Source: Candidatus Saccharimonadales bacterium (GTDB lineage Bacteria > Patescibacteriota > Microgenomatia > Curtissbacterales > GWA2-41-24). Taken from it: a stretch of 48,598 nucleotides of DNA. Below, piece after piece: positions 16,247 to 23,358 of this stretch. Each line of letters begins with the position of its first letter. Positions within the stretch are counted from its first letter, which is position 1. The stretch spans positions 1-48,598 of the forward strand of contig DATIHT010000093.1 in NCBI GenBank assembly GCA_035480415.1, read 5' to 3'. The position numbers and the translations under genes are program-made. Under the pieces are notes generated by a model, which saw only the letters and a program-made list of their open reading frames with translations, ran no database searches and had not been told where the DNA came from.

Positions 16247-17845
16247 ATGCTACGTCTAACCCAAAAACCCAAACCCATTGTTCTGTGCATACTCGACGGT
16301 TGGGGAATAGCAGCAGACAGTCCCGGAAACGCAATCACCAAAGCAAACCCCACCAACTTCAACGGCCTTTGGTTTTCTTACCCTCATACATATCTTTCGA
16401 CAACCGGACAGGCAGTTGGTCTGCCAGAAGGCCAGGTGGGAAGCAGCGAGGTAGGACACCTTAACATTGGTGCCGGTAAGATTGTTTTTCAGGATCTGCT
16501 ACGAATCAACCTGGCAATTCAAAACGGTAATTTTGCACAAAACGAGGCATTAAACGCGGCAATTGAACACGCAAAAAGCAATAATTCCAACATCCATGTG
16601 ATGGGCCTTGTGGGTCTGGATCATGTTCACTCAAGCGTTGACCACCTCTTTGCAACTCTGGATTTGATCAAAAGTACACAGTTTCCACAAGAAAGGGTAA
16701 AAATTCATTTGTTTACAGACGGCAGAGATAGCCCACCAACTTCCGGCAAAATTTATATTCCCCAAATATGTAAAAAAATAAAAGAAGAAAAATTGGGAAT
16801 TGTTGCCTCGATCTCTGGCAGATACTATGCCATGGACCGTGACAATCGCTGGGAAAGAATCCAGCTTGCTTATCAGGCAATCTGCGGCACGAGCCCCAAT
16901 AAATCTTACGATCCGCAGGCGCTTCTGGAAATTTCCTATACAGAAGGCACAACAGACGAATTTATAAAGCCCACAGTAATTTGCAATAAAGAAGGCAAGC
17001 CATTGGGGCCCGTTCAAAAGAACGATTCCATAATTTTTTTCAACTTTCGTCCGGACAGGGCAAGAGAATTAACCAAAGCTTTTGTTCTGGACTATTTTGA
17101 TAAAATCTCAACATCAACAGGCGAGATAATACAAACATTTCCCCGTGGACCAAAAATAGAAGGTATTTTATTTACCACCCTAACCCAGTATGAAAAAGGT
17201 ATACCCGTTTCCGTTGCTTTTCCGCCGCAGGAAGTAATCATGCCCCTGTCGCGGGTTATTGCCGAAATGGGCGACAGGCAGTTTCATATTGCAGAAACCG
17301 AAAAATATGCACACGTTACTTATTTTTTTAATGGGGGCAGAGAACAACCATTTCCCGGCGAAGACAGGCTACTTATCAATTCTGCAAAAGTTGCCTCCTA
17401 CGATCTCAAACCGGAAATGTCTACACCGGAGGTAACAAAGGCAATAGTTACCAAAATTGCAGACCGTGTTTACGATCTTATCGTTGTAAATCTGGCAAAC
17501 GCAGACATGCTTGGACATACCGGGAACTTACAGGCAGCAATTCAGGGCATAAAAGTAGAAGACGAGTGTTTGGGAATAATTACAAAAGAAACTCTTTCCC
17601 ACGGCGGAGCTGTTGTAATTTGCGCAGACCACGGCAACGCAGAAGTAATGATTAACCAAAAAACAGGCAACCCGGACACGGAACACAATCCTAATCCCGC
17701 ACCGTTTATCGTGGCAGCGCCCGAATTCCAGGGTAAAAATGTTCAGCTTCAGCAGGGGATTTTGGCAGACGTGGCACCAACAATTTTGGCAATGCTTTCG
17801 GTTCCCAAACCCTCTCAAATGACAGGCAGAAACTTACTAGAGTAA
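16247..17845 (+). CDS. gpmI: 2,3-bisphosphoglycerate-independent phosphoglycerate mutase
   Basis: VLCILDGWG, SEVGHLN.GAG, ADHGNAE motifs. 532 aa. Confidence 0.9.
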   Translation: MLRLTQKPKPIVLCILDGWGIAADSPGNAITKANPTNFNGLWFSYPHTYLSTTGQAVGLPEGQVGSSEVGHLNIGAGKIVFQDLLRINLAIQNGNFAQNEALNAAIEHAKSNNSNIHVMGLVGLDHVHSSVDHLFATLDLIKSTQFPQERVKIHLFTDGRDSPPTSGKIYIPQICKKIKEEKLGIVASISGRYYAMDRDNRWERIQLAYQAICGTSPNKSYDPQALLEISYTEGTTDEFIKPTVICNKEGKPLGPVQKNDSIIFFNFRPDRARELTKAFVLDYFDKISTSTGEIIQTFPRGPKIEGILFTTLTQYEKGIPVSVAFPPQEVIMPLSRVIAEMGDRQFHIAETEKYAHVTYFFNGGREQPFPGEDRLLINSAKVASYDLKPEMSTPEVTKAIVTKIADRVYDLIVVNLANADMLGHTGNLQAAIQGIKVEDECLGIITKETLSHGGAVVICADHGNAEVMINQKTGNPDTEHNPNPAPFIVAAPEFQGKNVQLQQGILADVAPTILAMLSVPKPSQMTGRNLLE

Positions 17846-17851
17846 GCGCAG

Positions 17852-17872
17852 ACCCTGAACTTGTCGAAGGGT
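17852..17872 (+). repeat. hairpin ACCCT-GAACTTGTCGA-AGGGT (CTGAAC-core palindromic unit)
   Basis: Begins 7 nt after the gpmI stop. Shares CCTGAACTTGT with 9442-9452. Confidence 0.5.
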
Positions 17873-17908
17873 AATAACCCTGCACCATTAGATTAAACAT
17901 TTCTCTAG

Positions 17909-17917
17909 TGATACAAT
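17909..17917 (+). promoter_or_regulatory. extended -10 TGaTACAAT, 6 nt from the sigma-factor ATG (leaderless geometry)
   Basis: Read directly: TGATACAAT ccaccg ATG. Confidence 0.55.
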
Positions 17918-17923
17918 CCACCG

Positions 17924-18553
17924 ATGGCTTCCGCTGAGTTTACAGAGATTGGAGTGCATGGATTGCTTTCTCCAGAGGAGAAGGGAATCCATTTCCAAGT
18001 AACACAACAGAGGGTAGACCAAATTAAAAGCGGCGATGCTGAGGCTTTTGGTCCAATATGGCAAAGTCACTACAAGAGAATCTTCCGACACATCTACTAT
18101 ATAGTAAACGATCATGATAGAGCGGAAGACCTAGCAGCCAATTCTTTTCTCAGAGCTCATGAAGAGATCCTAAATGGAAAATATGAAGTAAGACCTGGTA
18201 AGCCTTTTGGCGCATGGATGCTCAGAGTAGCTCACAATTTAACTGTGTCCGATTTAAGAGCGCAAAGAAGACACTCCGAGGAAACGATAGGAATAAGTGT
18301 TGTTTCGCCTCAAGATGTAGAAGTTGAAGTTTCTGCAAGACTTGAAATTGCCCTTATTAATAATTTCCTAAGAGAAATGGCTCCAAACAAAAGAGATGCA
18401 CTTTTAATGTTTATAGACGGCACAGACTATAAAGACATAGCAGCCTCGCTTGAGACTTCAGTTAATAACGCCAGAGTGCTAAAAAATAGGGCAGTAAACT
18501 ATCTTCGAGAACGTTTATCGCCGGAAGAAAAATCACGGGGAACAAAAAGTTAA
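17924..18553 (+). CDS. RNA polymerase sigma-70 family factor (ECF-like)
   Basis: Region 2 (RAEDLAANSFLRAHE) and region 4 HTH (YKDIAASLETSVNNARVLKNRAVNYLRE). No adjacent anti-sigma candidate. Confidence 0.7.
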   Translation: MASAEFTEIGVHGLLSPEEKGIHFQVTQQRVDQIKSGDAEAFGPIWQSHYKRIFRHIYYIVNDHDRAEDLAANSFLRAHEEILNGKYEVRPGKPFGAWMLRVAHNLTVSDLRAQRRHSEETIGISVVSPQDVEVEVSARLEIALINNFLREMAPNKRDALLMFIDGTDYKDIAASLETSVNNARVLKNRAVNYLRERLSPEEKSRGTKS

Positions 18554-19221
18554 AAAAGTAATGTAAACTCGCCCTTTGGCGAGCTTTTTGAGAAAAATTC
18601 TATCAATTCTGACACTCCACCTCTTTTTATCTCTTCATGTATTTTGGTCAGCTCTCTGCAAATACAAACATCAACATCTCCAAAAACATCCATAATCGAT
18701 TCTAATGTTTTAACCACACGATACGGAGATTCATAAAGAATAACCGTAGATTTTATAAGTTCTTTAGTTTTTTTTATTTGTTCCAAAGCTTCTTTTCGCT
18801 TTCCGTCCTTTTTTGAAAGATATCCCACAAATAGAAATTTGTCCGTGGGCAAACCGGAAACCGTCAAAGCAGCAATAGCAGCAGACGAGCCAGGGATAGA
18901 TTCGATCTTAATTCCGGACTCAACAGCAAGTCTTACAAGTTTAAACCCAGGGTCCGAAACCAGGGGAGTACCGGCATCCGAAACCAAAGCAACGTTTTGG
19001 CCACCTTTTAACTTTTCAACGACGATCGAAGCCTTAGAAACTTCGTTAAAATCGTTGAGTACAAACATTGGCTTGGTGATGTCGAAATGAGCAAGTAACT
19101 TGCCTGTAACACGACTATCCTCGCAAACAACCAAGTCCACAGACTTTAAAACCTCGACTGCTCGAAAAGTAATGTCGCCAAGATTGCCAATTGGCGTAGC
19201 TACAATATAAAGAGTACCCAC
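18550..19221 (-). CDS. rsmI: 16S rRNA (cytidine1402-2'-O)-methyltransferase
   Basis: GTLYIVATPIGNLGDIT N-terminus and tetrapyrrole-methylase fold motifs. GTG 19221 is preferred over the track's TTG 19236 because TATAAT (rc 19228-19233) lies 6 nt upstream. Confidence 0.85.
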   Translation of the reverse strand: MGTLYIVATPIGNLGDITFRAVEVLKSVDLVVCEDSRVTGKLLAHFDITKPMFVLNDFNEVSKASIVVEKLKGGQNVALVSDAGTPLVSDPGFKLVRLAVESGIKIESIPGSSAAIAALTVSGLPTDKFLFVGYLSKKDGKRKEALEQIKKTKELIKSTVILYESPYRVVKTLESIMDVFGDVDVCICRELTKIHEEIKRGGVSELIEFFSKSSPKGEFTLLF

Positions 19222-19234
19222 CAGCGCATTATAC

Positions 19235-19281
19235 AAAAAAGAGATGCGACCTTTACATCATATGTTTGGTCGTTCCTCGTT
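19235..19281 (-). promoter_or_regulatory. AA/CA-loop hairpin, copy C (followed by a T-run on the minus strand)
   Basis: Minus strand reads CGAGG-AA-CGACC-(16-nt loop)-GGTCG-CA-TCTC-TTTTTT, ending at the rsmI -10 box. Confidence 0.55.
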
Positions 19282-19293
19282 TTTGTCCAACAG

Positions 19294-19343
19294 AAATCAA
19301 GGAACGTCCTCTCCGATACAATCCCGAGGACGCACCTTGATTT
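19294..19343 (+). promoter_or_regulatory. AA/CA-loop hairpin, copy D
   Basis: AAATCAAGG-AA-CGTCCTC-(14-nt loop)-GAGGACG-CA-CCTTGATTT. Upstream of the Nramp-like gene. Confidence 0.55.
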
Positions 19344-19386
19344 CTTGCATCTTGAGTAAATTTTTGTCAAAGTAGTTAAAGTGGCA

Positions 19387-20643
19387 ATGAACATCAAAAA
19401 AGTACTCTCGCGTTTTGGCCCTGGTTTTATAACCGGTGCTTCCGACGACGACCCTTCCGGCATTGCTACTTATTCCCAAACAGGCGCCCAGTTCGGCTAC
19501 ACCCAGCTTTGGACTGCGCTTTTTACGTTTCCTTTTCAAACAGTAATACAGGAAATTTGCGGCAGAATCGGAATTGTTACCGGGAAAGGTTTATCGGGCG
19601 TTATCAGGAAACACTACCCTAAGCCCGTTTTGTACTTTTCCGTAACACTTCTTTTATTTGCCAATACGGTAAACATTGGAGCCGATCTTGGCGCCATGGC
19701 CTCGGCCACCCAATTACTTTTAGGCCAATCGCTCGTTTTATGGCTGTTACCAATGACAGTTTTAACCTTAATTTTAGAAGTGTTCGTTTCTTACAAAGTT
19801 TATTCAAAATTTTTAAAATATCTAACGTTTTCGCTTCTCGCTTACATCGTTACTTTTTTTGTGGTAAAGCAGGATTGGGGACAAATTGCAGTTTCCACAC
19901 TTGTACCTAATCTGTCTCTTGATCGAAGTTATTTATTAAATCTTACGGCAATTTTGGGAACCACAATTTCTCCTTATCTGTTCTTCTGGCAAGCCTCGGA
20001 GGAAGTAGAAGAAGAGGTGGAGGAGCATAAACTCAAAATTATGGACCATGGAGTACCTAAGATAAATAAGGGGGATATTCGCCATATGCGCTTCGACACC
20101 ATAAGCGGAATGTTCTTTTCAAACATAGTTATGTTTTTCATCATAGCAACAGCAGCCTCAACACTCGGTAGGGGTAACATCAAAGACATCGCAACAGCAA
20201 CACAGGCAGCGGAAGCACTTAGACCCATTGCAGGTAATTTTTCTTCTTTACTCTTTGCCATTGGCGTAATCGGAACCGGCCTGCTTGCCGTACCTGTCCT
20301 GGCAGGTTCTGCATCTTATGCAATCTCCGAAACTGTTGGCTGGAAAGAAGGCCTGTACCGTAAATTCAAACAAGCTCATGGCTTTTACGGAATAATAACA
20401 ATAGCTACACTTCTAGGGCTTTTAGTAAATTTTACAGGCATCCCACCGTTTAAAATGCTTTATTACACCGCAGTCTTAAACGGCCTTATTGCGCCGCCTT
20501 TGATGGTTCTTATACTTTTGGTTTCCAGCAACCCACAAATTATGGGTAAATATACAAATACAAAATTTTCCAACATCACAGGTATCGCAATCACTCTTAT
20601 GATGTTTGTGGCCTCCGGCTTTCTCCTCTTCAGCTTCATTTAG
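19387..20643 (+). CDS. Nramp-related divalent cation transporter with a non-canonical metal site
   Basis: GPGFITGASDDDPSGIATYSQTGAQFGY and 11 predicted TM segments fit the Nramp fold. DPSG replaces DPGN. ATG 19387 is preferred (track GTG 19381). Confidence 0.75.
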   Translation: MNIKKVLSRFGPGFITGASDDDPSGIATYSQTGAQFGYTQLWTALFTFPFQTVIQEICGRIGIVTGKGLSGVIRKHYPKPVLYFSVTLLLFANTVNIGADLGAMASATQLLLGQSLVLWLLPMTVLTLILEVFVSYKVYSKFLKYLTFSLLAYIVTFFVVKQDWGQIAVSTLVPNLSLDRSYLLNLTAILGTTISPYLFFWQASEEVEEEVEEHKLKIMDHGVPKINKGDIRHMRFDTISGMFFSNIVMFFIIATAASTLGRGNIKDIATATQAAEALRPIAGNFSSLLFAIGVIGTGLLAVPVLAGSASYAISETVGWKEGLYRKFKQAHGFYGIITIATLLGLLVNFTGIPPFKMLYYTAVLNGLIAPPLMVLILLVSSNPQIMGKYTNTKFSNITGIAITLMMFVASGFLLFSFI

Positions 20644-20723
20644 CTTTTCACGACTTGCATTTTCACTAAAACTGTATTTAGATAGAATCAGATGTTAAAG
20701 AGTAGGAAGGGAGGTGATATTAG

Positions 20724-21395
20724 ATGAGTGTAGAAGATTTATCCGTAGCCGTTTCTTCTGTGGTTTTAAACGCCGTCGCCGATTTCGTTAATTTTATTCC
20801 ATCTTTAGTAGGGGGCCTTATCGTCCTTATCGTAGGCTTAGTTGTCGGTGCCGTAGTTTACAGAATAATTATCGGTGTTCTAAAAGCAGTACAGCTGGAA
20901 AAATATCTTGCCAAATACGGAATAGTTAAAGTAGAAGGCCACGATATTGAATGGAGCGAACTTTTGGCAGAAATTGCCAGATGGTCCATAGTTGTCGTCT
21001 TTTTAATTCCAACATTTCAGGCATGGAGACTTGATGAAGTTAACACTGTTTTAAACAGAGTTGTACTTTATCTGCCAAACGTAATCGTCTCGGTAGTTCT
21101 TGCAATAATTGGCCTTGTTTTTGCCAAACTTGGTTACAGACTTGCTTACAGTTCCGCAAGATCTTTAGGTCGTGACCTGGCACATTCTGTGGGCCTGGTA
21201 GCTCAATGGGCAATTTCTATCTTTGTAGGTTTCTTGGTTCTTCACCAGCTTGGTGTTGCACAAGAACTTCTGCGAATTTTGTTTGCAGGAATCGTTGCCA
21301 TGATCGCACTTGCTGGAGGACTTGCCTTCGGGTTAGGTGGTCAGGGAACAGCAAAAAGTATTCTGGAATCTATTTGGGACAAGTTTAAGAAATAG
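20724..21395 (+). CDS. integral membrane protein with repeated TM-helix motif (MscS-associated type)
   Basis: Strong SD GGGAGGTGA (20709-20717). Repeated (I/L)PxxIxAxVILIVGxxxA-like helices. Confidence 0.5.
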   Translation: MSVEDLSVAVSSVVLNAVADFVNFIPSLVGGLIVLIVGLVVGAVVYRIIIGVLKAVQLEKYLAKYGIVKVEGHDIEWSELLAEIARWSIVVVFLIPTFQAWRLDEVNTVLNRVVLYLPNVIVSVVLAIIGLVFAKLGYRLAYSSARSLGRDLAHSVGLVAQWAISIFVGFLVLHQLGVAQELLRILFAGIVAMIALAGGLAFGLGGQGTAKSILESIWDKFKK

Positions 21396-21428
21396 AGGTC
21401 AGAGTTTAGAGGTTAGAGATTAGTTATT

Positions 21429-21466
21429 AAAAACCAGTACTCGGTTTTCGGGTATTGGTTTTTTTA
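21429..21466. terminator. bidirectional rho-independent terminator
   Basis: 14-bp stem AAAACCAGTACTCG/CGGGTATTGGTTTT (2 G-U pairs), loop GTTTT, A-run 5' and T-run 3'. Lies between convergent genes. Confidence 0.7.
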
Positions 21467-21488
21467 GAAGTAGCTCTATACTAACTAC

Positions 21489-21872
21489 TTATATACGCAC
21501 TAGATTTGGAAATTTGCCCGGATTTAATTCCATTTGACCGTAAGCATTATTTATTACATCTCTAATCGATTTCATTTTTCCCAAAAAAGCTCTCTCTGAT
21601 TTTGCACCCATTCTTTGGGCCATTCTAAAGCTTAAGTCTTCAAACGCTAAATCGACCTGAAATGCAACATCGATACCACTAGGGAAATTCGCCATTACTT
21701 TGAGCCCGCGATAGAGTATGCTTTGAAATTCAGAACCAGGAAGAGGCGTTGCAGGTCCTGCAAGCCCAAGCATATGATCAACCGCCAAATGGCGTGTAGA
21801 TCTCACAGAATTAGCTCTTGATTGTGCATTTATAGCTTTTTCTGACAACGTATATTGTATTGCCTCAGTCAT
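21489..21872 (-). CDS. hypothetical protein (127 aa)
   Basis: Clean ORF. TAAAAT (rc 21881-21886) lies 8 nt upstream of the ATG. No motif recognised. Confidence 0.5.
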   Translation of the reverse strand: MTEAIQYTLSEKAINAQSRANSVRSTRHLAVDHMLGLAGPATPLPGSEFQSILYRGLKVMANFPSGIDVAFQVDLAFEDLSFRMAQRMGAKSERAFLGKMKSIRDVINNAYGQMELNPGKFPNLVRI

Positions 21873-21971
21873 AATGCGAGATTTTACACAAACACAGCGA
21901 AATTGTAAAGAGATATATAGTTTTTAGAATCTACAATCTAATAATTGTTTTTAGGCGGACAGTACTATAGG

Positions 21972-22001
21972 TTGCAATTTAGCCTTGTTTACTGATATAA
22001 T
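21972..22001 (+). promoter_or_regulatory. promoter TTGCAA-18 nt-TATAAT, 9 nt from ATG 22011
   Basis: TTGCAA at 21972-21977 and TATAAT at 21996-22001. Confidence 0.55.
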
Positions 22002-22010
22002 ATCTGCCTT

Positions 22011-22724
22011 ATGAACCCGGAAGTTGTTAGCCGCTTAAAAGAATTTCGCCTCAAAGCACCCAGAGTAAGTGAAACAAATCCACTGTATTTGGCATATACC
22101 CGGAATGAGGCCAGAGTACTAAAAAGGGCAAGATGGTTGTTAGATTTTACAGACAACCACCCGCTATTTTATGGCCACAACCTGGACGATATGCCGCACG
22201 ATGCACTACAAGGCAACATGTTTTCTACAATAAGCGGCCGAATGCACAGAGACTACTGGACAAACCGCGTTAAAAACTACAGACCCGAGGTAAAAAGAAC
22301 TGCAGCCGTTTTGGCAAACTACGGTTATGCCAAAATTGGAGAAACAATTGCCAAAATAGAACCACACCCGTATAAAGAGGACAATTTCCCTCAATTGGAT
22401 TCTGTTGATGCACTGGCAAACTATAGTGTGAAAAGTCAGCTACAGCATTTTGCTCAAGCTAGTGTTGATTTCAAAAGAAGTCTAAGCCTTATAAACGTTA
22501 TTTCTCAATCAAAAGATCTAGATAACGACCCGGACAAAGTTCTTGCGGTTTTTTCTGCTTTGGTAGGGTTTGCCCAGGTACTGGGCGATCGCCAAATTGA
22601 GCAAAAAAACGGTAACAAAGGCCGAAAACACACACTGCGGGACCAGGTTTTATACTTTGGGTTCCACAGTATGGATCGTGGACTTGCCGGCTATATCGCC
22701 GCGCTAAACAGACTACTCGTTTAA
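22011..22724 (+). CDS. hypothetical protein (237 aa)
   Basis: Clean ORF with its own promoter. Soluble, with no recognisable motif. Confidence 0.55.
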   Translation: MNPEVVSRLKEFRLKAPRVSETNPLYLAYTRNEARVLKRARWLLDFTDNHPLFYGHNLDDMPHDALQGNMFSTISGRMHRDYWTNRVKNYRPEVKRTAAVLANYGYAKIGETIAKIEPHPYKEDNFPQLDSVDALANYSVKSQLQHFAQASVDFKRSLSLINVISQSKDLDNDPDKVLAVFSALVGFAQVLGDRQIEQKNGNKGRKHTLRDQVLYFGFHSMDRGLAGYIAALNRLLV

Positions 22725-22743
22725 TCTCTGCTAAAATCAAAAG

Positions 22744-23355
22744 GTGCAAATCCCAAAAAAAGTAAAAGCACACTTTAAAATTGCAGACCCAATTCTTTAC
22801 GAAGTAATCGTAAAAGTTGGCCAAATGCAGGAATTACCCCACCGAAAAAACAGTGACTATTTTCTCGATCTTGTAGACATAATTCTTTCCCAACAACTGT
22901 CTGGTAAAGTAGCAGATGTCATAATCACTAGGTTTAAAAAACTCTTCACCAAAGAGGAAATCACCCCACAGACAGTACTCAAACATAAAGACGATGAGCT
23001 TAGAGCAATAGGAGTCTCTTACCAGAAAATTAAATATATAAAAGATCTTTCGGAGAAAATCACCAAAAAAGAACTGGATTTAGCATCTATTCGTAAAATG
23101 AAAGACGAAGATGTAATACTCGAGCTTATAAAAGTAAAGGGAATAGGGAAGTGGACCGCAGAAATGTTTCTAATTTTCACCCTTGGACGTGAAGACGTTT
23201 TCTCTCACGGAGATTTAGGACTGAACAATGCAATTAAAAATATTTACAAACTAGAAAAGCACTCGCAGGAAATAGTGGAACAAATAGTTTCTAAGTGGTC
23301 ACCCTATAAGAGCTATGCATCCCGAATTCTCTGGAAAAGCTTAGATAATCGATAG
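22744..23355 (+). CDS. alkA: HhH-GPD DNA glycosylase (3-methyladenine DNA glycosylase II-like)
   Basis: ILSQQLSGKVA, helix-hairpin-helix IKGIGKWTAEMFLIF and catalytic-region D in SHGDLGL. GTG start 6 nt after TGcTAAAAT (22729-22737). Confidence 0.7.
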   Translation: MQIPKKVKAHFKIADPILYEVIVKVGQMQELPHRKNSDYFLDLVDIILSQQLSGKVADVIITRFKKLFTKEEITPQTVLKHKDDELRAIGVSYQKIKYIKDLSEKITKKELDLASIRKMKDEDVILELIKVKGIGKWTAEMFLIFTLGREDVFSHGDLGLNNAIKNIYKLEKHSQEIVEQIVSKWSPYKSYASRILWKSLDNR

Positions 23356-23358
23356 ATC

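Noticed and set aside
19294-19343. Known metal riboswitch upstream of the Nramp-like gene.
   Set aside because: The element is a single simple hairpin shared with unrelated genes (rsmI, rpe, the nuclease). It lacks the multi-helix junction architecture of Mn or NiCo riboswitches.
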